From: an uncultured Azospirillum sp.
GTDB taxonomy: Bacteria > Pseudomonadota > Alphaproteobacteria > RF32 > CAG-239
Length of the DNA stretch: 64,000 bases
Assembly: GCA_902489795.1 (NCBI GenBank)
Contig: CABUBU010000002.1
Span: 13,207-77,206, forward strand
Direction: 5' to 3'
Under the pieces are notes generated by a model. That model ran no database searches. It saw nothing but the letters and a program-made list of their open reading frames with translations, and was not told where the DNA came from. Below, piece after piece: positions 34,857 through 44,327 of this stretch; position 1 is the stretch's first letter, and each line of letters opens with the position of its first letter. A program made the translations under genes and the position numbers.

Positions 34857-35465
34857 ATGGACAAAGAAGAATTTGCCGAGCATTTGTCAAAAAATGACGG
34901 GCTTGACCGGGGCGGAGAAATCCGTACGGCCGCTGATGAAGATGGAAACGTATTCGTTTTTTCCGAAAACAAGTACGGTTGTCCGGTAATCGACGTTCTG
35001 GTCGAAGGTCAAGGCAAGGAAACGGCATATTTCAAAACCGGAAGTGGAGAGATTGTCGAGTACGAGAAAGTCATGTATGAGGAAACAGATCCCGAGTTGA
35101 TAGAACTCAAGGGACGATATCATCTTATAACCAAGCCTTTTATGAAGCCTGTTCCCGATGTTATAACTGTGCAAGTGCTAAACGGAAACAAAGAAGTTCA
35201 GAGTTGTTGTACGAGATCAAGCAAGTCTGAAAGAGAAAAAAAGGGCATACATATACAGGAAGAAGACCTCGGATTTTACAGCGACATTGATGGTGCAAAT
35301 TTTACATTGCTTCGAAAGGCAATAAGAGCCTACAACGATCCCGAAGGTTTTGCCCGCAACGTCGAACGCATCAAACAAGAGAGGGAAGCCGCCAGACAGA
35401 AAGAAGTGCAGGACATGGCGGTCATGCAAGAGTTTATGCATTCCGTCCGCGGCGGTATGGAATAG
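34857..35465 (+). CDS. hypothetical protein (202 aa)
   Basis: It has a clean promoter, an RBS (AAGAGGAAA) and a terminator. No recognisable motif. AT-richer than the flanks. Confidence 0.55.
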   Translation: MDKEEFAEHLSKNDGLDRGGEIRTAADEDGNVFVFSENKYGCPVIDVLVEGQGKETAYFKTGSGEIVEYEKVMYEETDPELIELKGRYHLITKPFMKPVPDVITVQVLNGNKEVQSCCTRSSKSEREKKGIHIQEEDLGFYSDIDGANFTLLRKAIRAYNDPEGFARNVERIKQEREAARQKEVQDMAVMQEFMHSVRGGME

Positions 35466-35482
35466 TTTATTTTCCGTATGAT

Positions 35483-35515
35483 AAAAAATCTCCCGCTGTT
35501 TAGCGGGAGATTTTT
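35483..35515. terminator. bidirectional intrinsic terminator
   Basis: Stem TCTCCCGC (35489-35496) / GCGGGAGA (35503-35510), flanked by A6 and T5 runs. Confidence 0.8.
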
Positions 35516-35534
35516 CTTGCCTGAAAACGCTCCT

Positions 35535-36314
35535 TTATCTGAAGAACAGTTCCTTGGTGATCCGTTTTGATTCCTCAAGATAGTGCTGGGAAGCGTTGGG
35601 CGCGCCGAGATAGGAAAGCGAAAAGTTGGTGATCAGAAAACCGAACGGGTTTTTCAGCGCGTCTTCGTGCGTCCGTCCTTTGAATTTGACGAACCGCAGA
35701 CGCATCACCGCCCGCCACAGGTTGACGTCGGGCGTGGGGTTTCTCGGCATATAGTCGATGGTGCGGAACTGGGTTTGCCACAGGCCGGTGCCGAGCGGGC
35801 GGATCCAGTCGATTTCCACGTCGCGCATCATGCTTTTGCGGCGGAATTGCAACATGTTGAACTTGGCGTCGTAACGGGTAAATTCGTCGAAAATGAACGG
35901 CGAGGAATACCAGTAGACGTAAGAACCCGGTCCCCAGCGGCGGATCAGTTCGTCATAGTCGTTGGTAATGAGATAACGCAGCATGATGTAGTTGGTAATG
36001 TGTTCTTCGTTGATCAGGTTGCCGACCGGATAGTTGATTTCCATCGGCTGGGCGCGCTCAATCTGGCTGAAGTAGTGGTCGATGTAAAACAGCTGCGGCG
36101 AGCTGGAGCGCTGAGGCAGCATCACGTAAAGCGCGCTGGCCAGCATCATGTTGAAGCAGATAGACATTGAGGCGATGATGACCAGAAAGCGCGAAGTCCA
36201 CAGATAACGCCGTTCCGGCATGGCGTCCACGTGCACCTGTTCGGGAAACAGGCCGAGCTTGTCGGGGCTTTCTTTTTCTTTATATTTAAAAATGGTGTTA
36301 AAAATACTGAACAT
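35535..36314 (-). CDS. VirB8/TrbF-like type IV secretion component (orphan)
   Basis: 259-aa ORF with a cytoplasmic N-terminus, one TM helix (FLVIIASMSICFNMMLASALYVML), a periplasmic domain, and a C-terminal NPFGFLITNF resembling the VirB8 NPxGF motif. Confidence 0.6.
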   Translation of the reverse strand: MFSIFNTIFKYKEKESPDKLGLFPEQVHVDAMPERRYLWTSRFLVIIASMSICFNMMLASALYVMLPQRSSSPQLFYIDHYFSQIERAQPMEINYPVGNLINEEHITNYIMLRYLITNDYDELIRRWGPGSYVYWYSSPFIFDEFTRYDAKFNMLQFRRKSMMRDVEIDWIRPLGTGLWQTQFRTIDYMPRNPTPDVNLWRAVMRLRFVKFKGRTHEDALKNPFGFLITNFSLSYLGAPNASQHYLEESKRITKELFFR

Positions 36315-36477
36315 CGGCGTTTTGTTAACCTCAAAATAAATCTCTTTCCCTAATTTTATACATCAAAGCTGTCAAAAATCAAATAAATACTACTAAATGA
36401 GAAAAAAATACTACCAACTTCGAAAATATTAGTGTAAACATATAACTGTATCTTTTGTGCATAAAGGGTTTTTACTG

Positions 36478-38382
36478 ATGAAAAAGCTATTGATATCTTT
36501 GTTGGTTCCGGTTGTGTTCGCGGCTTCCTGCGGGCAGAACGGCACCGTAAGTTCTCCCGATCCGGCCGGTTACGCTCCGGAAGCCGTCCTTTATAACGAT
36601 TGGGACCGCGCCGTCCGTATTGACGTCGACATGCAAAACATGTATGTCAGCACGCCGACCAAAATCGAAAAGCCGATCGACCTCTACATGTCGATGGCCT
36701 TGGCGCTCAAATACAACTATACCCGCCGGCTGATTACTTACGAAGACAGCATCATCCGCGCCGGCCGTTCGCCGGTCAACCGCCTGCCGGAAATCGTCAG
36801 CCACGCCGGCTACATCAACGACACCAACTCCAGCATGAGCCCGGATCTGAAAGTGGCCTGGAACATGCTTGACATTTCCATGGTTTACTGCCTCAGCCAG
36901 GACAAGGAGTATAAGGCGAGCGTCGCTTTTGAGGAAAGCCGCAAGGTTATTCACAACATTTTGCAGGAAACCCGCACCCTTTATTGGAAAACGCTGACCG
37001 CCCAGCGGTTGCTGCCGGTGATCGACGACATGACCGAGTTCATGACTTTGGAGGTTGACGATATGAATGCCAAAGCCAAAGAGCTGGAAAAGAAAGGCGA
37101 AGCGCCGGAAGTGGCTCAGCTGGTCAAGAAAAGACAATATATGGAAGCGATCAAAAACCTTTCCGCGCTCAAACGCGATATGGAAACGGCGCAGACCCGT
37201 CTGGCCAGCCTGATGGGGCTGCATCCTTCGACGGAGTTCAAACTGGTCGGTTCCGAATACGGCAATTTCGATTTGCCGAAAATCCGCAATTCCCTGGCTG
37301 ATCTGGAATGGCTGGCATTGAGCAACCGTCCCGAACTGCGCGAGCACGACCTGGCGGTCAATGCCGAACGGATGAAGCTGATTATCAAAGACTTTAAAGA
37401 CCCGGGGCTGAAGAAATACAAAAACGATCCGGACTTTTACAATCGTCTGTGGTCCAAGCAGGCCCGCGAACTCGGCATGAGCGTGTTTGAAGATCCCGCC
37501 AGTCCGAATGTTTTGGATATGGAGCATCTGCGCCGCCAGCGGATGACCGCCCTGATTTTGAGCCAGGTTTACGTGGCCTGGGCGCAGTATATGTCGGCGG
37601 TGGAAGACTACCAGATCAATATGGAAATCGCCTCCACTTCCGAAAACATTGCCGAAGATTTTACGATTGCCGACGGCAGCAAGGCTGAAAAAAGCCAGCT
37701 GGAAGCTTCCCGCGCGATTGAAGACGAGGTCAAAGCGTTCAAGTCCTATGCCGACTTGCAGGAATCTCTCGGCAACCTCTATGCCACCATCGGGCTGGAT
37801 GCTATTCCGTATTACATGCTGAACGAAAAACCCTCCAAAATTGCCGTTTACCTGCGCAATACGCTGGAGAAATGGGGTAAGGGTGATTTTATGCCCGACA
37901 ACCGTCCGTATCTGTTGAACATTCCGGCCAAACGTCCGCCGGTCAACCTCAGTTCCGATACGCTTTTGCCCGACGTCAAAGGCGAAACCGGCAAAAAGAT
38001 TACGGTAAAAGTTCCCGATTCGGCGCTTGCTCGGATGGATTTTGAGGGCAAAGTCATCAGCCGCGCCGGCACCATCGACGACAAGCCGCTGCCAAAATGG
38101 CTGACTTACAATGAGGAGACCCGCACCTTTAACGGAACGGCCATGCCCGGACAGGAAGGAACATATAACCTGAAAGTATACTTCAGTGACGAAAAGGGCA
38201 ACGTGGCCTACATGACCTTTAAGATTGTGATCAAGGAGGTTTACATTCCCTCGCTGACGGTCAAAGGACAGGTGCCGGGCAGTACCGCCACCGTACTGAA
38301 ACGCTGTGTCGGATCCAACTGCAAAGACGACTATATCATTGAAGAAGCCGTCGGCAACGATATCCGCACTTCCGCTCAGTAA
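36478..38382 (+). CDS. outer-membrane lipoprotein with a TolC/OEP-like region and a C-terminal cadherin-like (dystroglycan-type Ig) domain
   Basis: Start moved to MKKLLISLLVPVVFAASCGQ (lipobox AASC). OEP-like helical repeats (ALALKYNYT..., TAQTRLASLMGL). C-terminal KPLPKWLTYNEETRTFNGTAMPGQEGTYNLKVYFSDEKGN. Confidence 0.65.
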   Translation: MKKLLISLLVPVVFAASCGQNGTVSSPDPAGYAPEAVLYNDWDRAVRIDVDMQNMYVSTPTKIEKPIDLYMSMALALKYNYTRRLITYEDSIIRAGRSPVNRLPEIVSHAGYINDTNSSMSPDLKVAWNMLDISMVYCLSQDKEYKASVAFEESRKVIHNILQETRTLYWKTLTAQRLLPVIDDMTEFMTLEVDDMNAKAKELEKKGEAPEVAQLVKKRQYMEAIKNLSALKRDMETAQTRLASLMGLHPSTEFKLVGSEYGNFDLPKIRNSLADLEWLALSNRPELREHDLAVNAERMKLIIKDFKDPGLKKYKNDPDFYNRLWSKQARELGMSVFEDPASPNVLDMEHLRRQRMTALILSQVYVAWAQYMSAVEDYQINMEIASTSENIAEDFTIADGSKAEKSQLEASRAIEDEVKAFKSYADLQESLGNLYATIGLDAIPYYMLNEKPSKIAVYLRNTLEKWGKGDFMPDNRPYLLNIPAKRPPVNLSSDTLLPDVKGETGKKITVKVPDSALARMDFEGKVISRAGTIDDKPLPKWLTYNEETRTFNGTAMPGQEGTYNLKVYFSDEKGNVAYMTFKIVIKEVYIPSLTVKGQVPGSTATVLKRCVGSNCKDDYIIEEAVGNDIRTSAQ

Positions 38383-38400
38383 ACGCGGCATCCGATCAAT

Positions 38401-38433
38401 AAAAAACCTCCGTTTGTTGACGGAGGTTTTTTT
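38401..38433. terminator. bidirectional intrinsic terminator
   Basis: Stem CCTCCGT (38407-38413) / ACGGAGG (38420-38426), flanked by A6 and T7 runs. Confidence 0.8.
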
Positions 38434-38793
38434 ATGTTTTGAACGTCTGTGTAAGCCGGCGTATACAGGCGTTCCGTCCCGGCCGTATGGCTTGCGAAAC
38501 TTTTAGGCGGGCGTTTGAGGTTCAGAATGGCTGATACCGCTTGTGTAAGCCGGGGGAAGTTTATTGGGGGATGAGGAAATTTGTTTGAATACGGTTTTCG
38601 GTTGATTTGCGTTTTTCTAAAGTGATGCGGCAAACGTATTGTTGAAACGGTTTAGATCGCTATTTTTGTGCCGAACGGGCGGAGGCATTTCTCCTGTGCT
38701 TTCTTTTTTATCGCGTCAAATTAATCACGTGTTTTCTTTGGCCGTTTTTCCTGATTATTATCAGGTTCCCTGAAAACCTGATTAAATTTCCGC

Positions 38794-38822
38794 TTGCCAA
38801 CGGGCGGCAATTTCTTTAATAT
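38794..38822 (+). promoter_or_regulatory. sigma70-like promoter
   Basis: TTGCCA (38794-38799), a 17-nt spacer, then TAATAT (38817-38822). Confidence 0.55.
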
Positions 38823-38828
38823 CAATCC

Positions 38829-38988
38829 TGCATCCGGGAGGCCGGGTGCGGTGTCTCAAAAACATCTCTCAGGAAAATAATCCTTCTTCGGAAGGAGTGT
38901 CGGTAATATGTTGAATAACGACGACTGTATAGTGACAGTTTTTGAGCTCCTTCCGCCTAAGGGTTTTCCCGGGCGGTTTTGTTTTTTT
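38829..38988 (+). promoter_or_regulatory. structured ~160-nt leader or small RNA ending in an intrinsic terminator (attenuator candidate)
   Basis: UUCG-loop hairpin TCCTTC-TTCG-GAAGGA (38881-38896). GGAAGGAG (38891-38898) is also complementary to CTCCTTCC (38947-38954), which abuts the terminator stem CCGCC (38953-38957) / GGCGG (38972-38976) + TTTTGTTTTTTT. Confidence 0.45.
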
Positions 38989-39019
38989 ACCATAAACAAA
39001 ATCAAGGGAGTTTCAAACT

Positions 39020-39424
39020 ATGTTTAACGATAAAATCAAAAGAACAATCGGACAAGAGCTGCACAAATACCGCTGTGACCGTTTTCTGCAATTAAAAACG
39101 GTGGCGGCCAAAACCGGGATCCTCTGGTACGTGATCGACAACATGGAGATAGGCAGCGTGCGCAAATGGGAACATTACCGTCATCTGCTTGAGTTTTACG
39201 GCCGAGACGTCAAAATTGAACTGGTCGGGAGAACCGAAAACGTCGGGAACGGCACCGCGGAAAAATGTCGGAAACGAAAACGGCGGAAAGGCAGGACAAA
39301 CTCGAAAAATAACGTGAAACAAAAAGGGGAAAAGCAAAATGCTTTCCCCTTTTTTAGTCAAAGATTTTTCCGCTGTTCCGAAAATATGTCCGGAAGCGGG
39401 AAAATTATTCGGCCACCGGTTTGA
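39020..39424 (+). CDS. hypothetical small protein, possible HTH regulator; 3' end uncertain
   Basis: 134-aa ORF. The N-terminal 70 aa are plausible (…LKTVAAKTGILWYVIDNMEIGSV… is HTH-like). The C-terminal half is basic low-complexity sequence and reads through the terminator at 39321-39356. Confidence 0.35.
   Translation: MFNDKIKRTIGQELHKYRCDRFLQLKTVAAKTGILWYVIDNMEIGSVRKWEHYRHLLEFYGRDVKIELVGRTENVGNGTAEKCRKRKRRKGRTNSKNNVKQKGEKQNAFPFFSQRFFRCSENMSGSGKIIRPPV
39321..39356. terminator. bidirectional intrinsic terminator (serves glgP)
   Basis: Stem GGGGAAAAGC (39326-39335) / GCTTTCCCC (39341-39349) with a one-base bulge, flanked by A and T runs. Confidence 0.7.
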
Positions 39425-41879
39425 TGTGCCAGATTTTGTCGGCATATTCCATTACCGCGCGGTCGCTTGAAAAACGACCTATGCGGGCAACGTTGCGAAT
39501 GGCCGCCTTGGCCCATTCTTCGCGGTTGAGATAATCGTGTTCCGCACGATGCAGAGCCTGGTTGAATTCACCCAGATCTGCCAGTACCATATAGTAGTCG
39601 CGCGACAGGAGTTCTTCGTAGATCATCTTAAACAGCAATACATATTCTTTTTCGCAGAACATGCTTGAGTTAAGCGAATTCATAATTCGTTTGATGTAGT
39701 CCGAACGATCGTAAACCTCGTGCGGCTTATAGGAGTTGTTGGCATGCATTTCGGCAATTTGCTCTTCGCGCAGGCCGAAGAGGTAGAAGTTGTCTTCGCC
39801 GACGGCTTCGCGGATTTCGATGTTGGCGCCGTCATAGGTGCCGACCGTTAAGGCGCCGTTTAAGGCAAATTTCATGTTGCCGGTGCCCGAAGCTTCAAAA
39901 CCCGCGGTCGAATTCTGAATGCTGATGTCGGCGGCGGGGATCAGCAGTTCCGCCAGCGAAACCTTGTAATCGGGCACGAAGACGACCTTGATTCTGTCAT
40001 TGACCCGCGGATCGTTGTTGACAACCTCGGCCACGTTGTTGATCAGTTTGATGATCAGTTTGGCAAAGTTGTACGATGGCGCGGCCTTGCCTGCGAAAAT
40101 ATAGGTTTTTGGGCAGGGCGGAACGGCGTTATCCTTGATGATTGCCAAATAGTCGCCGATTACCTGAAGAATGGTCATCAGCTGGCGCTTGTATTCGTGA
40201 ATGCGTTTGGCCTGAACAATGAAAATGCTTTCGGTGTTGACGGCCACGCCGGTGGTCTTGAAGATTTTCTTGGCCAGCCGTTCTTTGTTTTCCTTTTTGA
40301 TTTTCATAAAGTCGGTTACAAATTTGGGGTCGTCAACGAAGTTTTCAATCTGTTGCAAAAGATCAAGATTGGTGATCCATTCATCACCGATCTTGGACGA
40401 AATGAGCGTTGCCAGCGGCGTGTTGGCGTGATACAGCCAACGCCGCGGAGTGATGCCGTTGGTTACGTTGATGAATTTTTCCGGCCACAGTTCGTAGAAT
40501 TCCGGCACCAGGCGGTTTTTTAACAGTTCGGAATGGATTTTTGCCACCCCGTTGACCTTGAAAGAACCGACGATCGAAAGGTTGGCCATGCGGATGATCT
40601 GGTTATTGCCGTCGCCCGACACGATGGAAATTTTGCCCAGTTTGTCCGGCCGGTCGCCGAATTTGGTCTTGGCAAATTCAATGAAGCGGCGGTTGATTTC
40701 ATAGATGATTTGCAAATGCCGCGGCAGCATCCGTCCCATCATCCAGGCCGGCCAGACTTCCAGTGCTTCCGGCAGCAGGGTATGGTTGGTGTAGGCAAAA
40801 ATTTTGGTGGTGACTTCCCAGGCAGTGTTCCAGGACTGGCCGTAAACGTCAATCAGCTGATGCATCATTTCGGGGATAGCCAGCGCCGGATGGGTGTCGT
40901 TTAACTGAATGCAGATGTATTCCGGCATCCGGTGAAAGTCGTTGCTCTTTTCCATAAAGCGGCGGATGATGTCCTGGATGGCGCAGGAAACGAAGAAATA
41001 CTGCTGTTTCAGGCGCAGTTCCTTGCCCGATTCGATACTGTCGGACGGATACAGCACTTTGGAGATGGTTTCGTTTTCGATTTTGTCTTTCAGGGCGTCG
41101 ATGTAGCCGCCTTTGTTAAAGACGTTGATGTCAAGCTGTTCGTCGCCTTCGGCCGAGAACAGACGCAGGTAGTTGACCGATTTGCCGTTGTATCCGACTA
41201 CCGGAAAGTCAAACGGAATGCCGTAGATGTGGGCGGAATTTTTCCATATGAACATCGGTTCGCCGTTGGCGGCGTACTGGGTTTCCACCTCGCCGTACAT
41301 GGGGATGGAAATGCGCCGGTCGGGGCGGGCAAACTGCCAGGGCGAGTCTTCGCCTTCCCAGCTGTCGGCCATTTCTACCTGATAGCCGTTTTCAAATTTT
41401 TGCTTGAACAGGCCGTATTCATAGTTGATGCCGTAGCCGAAACCGGGAATGCCGAGCGAAGCCATCGAGTCCAGATAACAGGCGGCCAGCCGTCCGAGTC
41501 CGCCGTTGCCGAGCGCCGGATCATATTCGGTGTCGAATATTTCTTCCAGAGATTCCCACGGCCAGCCGTCGATTTTGATGTTTTTTAAGATGTTGAACAG
41601 TCCGAGGTTATGCAGATTGTTTTCGAGCGAACGGCCGATCAGGTATTCGATCGACAGGTAATAAACCCGCTTGGAGTTGACTTTGTTGTAGCGGGCGATC
41701 GTCTGGTACATCCGGTCCATGGCGAACTCGCGCACCGCGAGCGAAATTACTTTCAGCGCTTCTTCCTTGCTGATCTCGCAGGTGCGCTTGCCGATAAAAT
41801 ATTTGGTGTAATGTTCGATTGAAAGTTTCAGTCTGGCTTTGTCGATTTCATTTAATATAACCGAATTTTCCTTAACCAT
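39405..41879 (-). CDS. glgP: glycogen/maltodextrin phosphorylase
   Basis: 824-aa ORF with family GT35 hallmarks, including EASGTGNMKFALNGALTVGTYDGANIE (the pyridoxal-phosphate Lys region). Confidence 0.95.
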   Translation of the reverse strand: MVKENSVILNEIDKARLKLSIEHYTKYFIGKRTCEISKEEALKVISLAVREFAMDRMYQTIARYNKVNSKRVYYLSIEYLIGRSLENNLHNLGLFNILKNIKIDGWPWESLEEIFDTEYDPALGNGGLGRLAACYLDSMASLGIPGFGYGINYEYGLFKQKFENGYQVEMADSWEGEDSPWQFARPDRRISIPMYGEVETQYAANGEPMFIWKNSAHIYGIPFDFPVVGYNGKSVNYLRLFSAEGDEQLDINVFNKGGYIDALKDKIENETISKVLYPSDSIESGKELRLKQQYFFVSCAIQDIIRRFMEKSNDFHRMPEYICIQLNDTHPALAIPEMMHQLIDVYGQSWNTAWEVTTKIFAYTNHTLLPEALEVWPAWMMGRMLPRHLQIIYEINRRFIEFAKTKFGDRPDKLGKISIVSGDGNNQIIRMANLSIVGSFKVNGVAKIHSELLKNRLVPEFYELWPEKFINVTNGITPRRWLYHANTPLATLISSKIGDEWITNLDLLQQIENFVDDPKFVTDFMKIKKENKERLAKKIFKTTGVAVNTESIFIVQAKRIHEYKRQLMTILQVIGDYLAIIKDNAVPPCPKTYIFAGKAAPSYNFAKLIIKLINNVAEVVNNDPRVNDRIKVVFVPDYKVSLAELLIPAADISIQNSTAGFEASGTGNMKFALNGALTVGTYDGANIEIREAVGEDNFYLFGLREEQIAEMHANNSYKPHEVYDRSDYIKRIMNSLNSSMFCEKEYVLLFKMIYEELLSRDYYMVLADLGEFNQALHRAEHDYLNREEWAKAAIRNVARIGRFSSDRAVMEYADKIWHIKPVAE

Positions 41880-42073
41880 TTTGTCTCCTGTTTCCTGATA
41901 ATATTGGTTTGTCCGAAAGCATACGCGTCAATTGTTTGAAATATCGTTAACAAACCGGAAATTTTATCGTTTGCCCGCTCGCTGTTGATTGTTTTTGCGG
42001 AGAAATATTTTAATTGCAATCGGTAAAAAATAGAATATAATCAGCAAAGCCAAAGTTAAAAGAGGGATTAATA

Positions 42074-43435
42074 ATGAAAAGATATTTTGCATCAGTTTTG
42101 ATGAGCGGCGTTTTGCTGTGCGCTCCAGTTCGGGCGGAAACGATTTTCGAAGCTCTGGGCGAGGCCTATACCAGCAACCCGGATCTGCAGGCCCAGCGGG
42201 CCTACCTGCGTGCGGTTGACGAAAACGTGGCGATCGCCAAATCCGGTTTCCGTCCTACCATTGATCTGACCGGCGGCTATTCCGACATCCGCAACAACAA
42301 CGACAGCAACAATACCGATGACGGCAGCCGGGCGTCTTCGATCGGGGCGAAAATTACCCAGCCGCTGTTTAACGGCCTGTCGACCTACAATTCGGTAAAA
42401 GCCGCAGACAGCAACGTGCGCGCCGAACAGTACAATCTGTCAAATTACGAACAGTCGGTCTTTTTGAGCGCTTCCGAAGCCTATCTGAACGTCGTCCGCG
42501 ATGCGGCTATTGTTGATTTGCAGAAAAACAACGAAAAGCTTTTGAAAAAGCAGTTGGACGAAACGATCGAACGCTTCAACGTCGGCGAACTGACCCGTAC
42601 CGACGTTGCACAGGCTCGGTCGAGCCTTTCACAGGCAACCGCCAGCCGCATCAGCGCGGAGGGCAGCCTTCAGGTTTCGCGTGCGGTTTATAAGCAAGTT
42701 ATCGGTAATCAGCCGGAAGACCTGAGCGAACCCGACAACATTCACGAGTTCCTGCCCGCGACTTTTGAGCAGGCGCTGGCTTATACGATGAGCAATAACT
42801 ATGAGATTTTGGCCGCCAAACGGGCGCTCGAGGCTAGCGAATACAGGGTTAAGGCCAACTATGGCGCGCTGCTGCCGCAGGTTGCCGCTACCGGCGAAGT
42901 CGCACAGATGAAAAACGATCCCAAACACAGCGGTTTGAACGATACCACCGTCGACAGCGTCGAATTCGGCATTAATATGACGATCCCCCTGTACGACGCC
43001 GGTGAAAACCGTGCCAAAATCCGTCAGAGCAAATATACCAAATGGCAGGCTCACGAGCAGGTTCTGAGCGCCGAGCGCGCCGCCGTTTCCGACATTACCA
43101 GCTACTGGGAGTCGATGGTGGCCAACGACGCCATGATCAAGGCTCTGCAGGATCAGGTCAAAGCCAACGAAATTGCTCTTGACGGCGTGAGAAAAGAAGA
43201 GGCTCTCGGCAACCGTACGGTGCTGGATGTGCTGAACGCTTTTCAGTTGCTGCTCGATTCCAAGGTCGAAGTGGTCAAGGCGCGCCGCGAATATTATCTG
43301 TCGGCCATGCAGGTTATGCAGGCAATGGGCAAGCTGACGGCCGAAAACCTGAAACTTAATGTTGAATTGTATCATCCGAAGAAGTATTATAAGGAAACCC
43401 GGGGCAAATGGTTGTCCCTGTCGGCGGATGATTAA
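42074..43435 (+). CDS. tolC: TolC-family outer-membrane channel
   Basis: 453-aa ORF with a signal peptide and the typical TolC N-terminus (TIFEALGEAYTSNPDLQAQRAYLRA). The two OEP repeats are present. Confidence 0.9.
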   Translation: MKRYFASVLMSGVLLCAPVRAETIFEALGEAYTSNPDLQAQRAYLRAVDENVAIAKSGFRPTIDLTGGYSDIRNNNDSNNTDDGSRASSIGAKITQPLFNGLSTYNSVKAADSNVRAEQYNLSNYEQSVFLSASEAYLNVVRDAAIVDLQKNNEKLLKKQLDETIERFNVGELTRTDVAQARSSLSQATASRISAEGSLQVSRAVYKQVIGNQPEDLSEPDNIHEFLPATFEQALAYTMSNNYEILAAKRALEASEYRVKANYGALLPQVAATGEVAQMKNDPKHSGLNDTTVDSVEFGINMTIPLYDAGENRAKIRQSKYTKWQAHEQVLSAERAAVSDITSYWESMVANDAMIKALQDQVKANEIALDGVRKEEALGNRTVLDVLNAFQLLLDSKVEVVKARREYYLSAMQVMQAMGKLTAENLKLNVELYHPKKYYKETRGKWLSLSADD

Positions 43436-43449
43436 TACGGGAAAATAAT

Positions 43450-44214
43450 ATGGCAGAACAGGAAAATAAAGAACTCTCAATGGCCGAAATTCTGGCCTCC
43501 ATCCGTAGAATCCTTGAGGAAAGCGGGGCGGACGAAGCTTTGCGCCGCAAAGAAGCGGAAGAAGAGGTGTTTGAACTGCAGCCTTCGATGATCGTCCGCG
43601 AAGAGCCGGCGTCGGCGGCAAAGCCGGAGATTCCTTCTGCCGTTCCCGGACGCCTGATAGCGGAAGCCCGCAAAACAAGGGTTGCAGATGAAGAAACGGC
43701 GGAGTATTTTGCCGGCGCAAACCGGCACTTTGCCGCCGCGGAAGAGTTTTCTGCTGCCGGGATGGACGGTTTTTCCCTGCCCGGAGTTATTGTCGGCCGG
43801 TCGGAAGAAAAAGCTGCCGCGATTCCGGCCGAAGAAAAAAAAGCTCCGGCGGAAGAAGCTGTTTCCCCGTCGATGGTTCCCGCCTCGGAAAATGATGAGC
43901 CGGAAAAGACGGTTCACGCTTGCCGGGGGAAAACGTCGTCCGCGGATGTTTCCGAAGAAATCATCAGCAGTTTTACCCGGATGTTTGAACAAAACGATTT
44001 CCGCCGCCGTGCCGAACAGCCGGCTTTCGATGCCGATGCCCTCTTGCGCGAAATTGCCCGGCAGGCGGTTGCAGAGAAGCTTGATAACCGGATGCTGCAG
44101 GAAACGGTGAGAGAAACCGTAGTTCCGGTTTTGGAAGAATGGCTTTCTCATTATCTGCCGAAATTGGTTGCCGAAGAAGTTAAACGAGTGATGGTAAAGG
44201 CCGGCGGACGCTGA
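43450..44214 (+). CDS. DUF2497 domain protein (PopZ-like pole-organising protein)
   Basis: 254-aa ORF with a conserved N-terminus (SMAEILASIRRIL), a Pro/Glu/Ala-rich disordered middle, and a helical C-terminus (VVPVLEEWLSHYLPKLVAEEVKRVM). It sits between tolC and valS, as in many Alphaproteobacteria. Confidence 0.75.
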   Translation: MAEQENKELSMAEILASIRRILEESGADEALRRKEAEEEVFELQPSMIVREEPASAAKPEIPSAVPGRLIAEARKTRVADEETAEYFAGANRHFAAAEEFSAAGMDGFSLPGVIVGRSEEKAAAIPAEEKKAPAEEAVSPSMVPASENDEPEKTVHACRGKTSSADVSEEIISSFTRMFEQNDFRRRAEQPAFDADALLREIARQAVAEKLDNRMLQETVRETVVPVLEEWLSHYLPKLVAEEVKRVMVKAGGR

Positions 44215-44327
44215 CGGAGAATTTTCCGTCGGCGCCGGCCTCCCTGTTTGCTGCCCACGAAGCTGTGAAAACTTTGCGGGCTGTTTGCGTTTTTAGTGAT
44301 GAAATCTGTTAAAATTGGAAAAATAAT

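Noticed and set aside
36487-38391. 634-aa ORF on the minus strand, mirror image of the lipoprotein gene. Similar long antisense ORFs occur at 43..1020(+), 21089..22711(-), 32963..34504(-), 52113..53648(-), 59526..61946(-), 25024..25983(-), 27094..28086(-) and 62103..63209(-).
   Set aside because: Each lies exactly opposite a gene with strong family motifs. Their translations are R/G/Q/V/F-rich with no motifs and no start context. These are typical shadow ORFs of GC-rich coding DNA.
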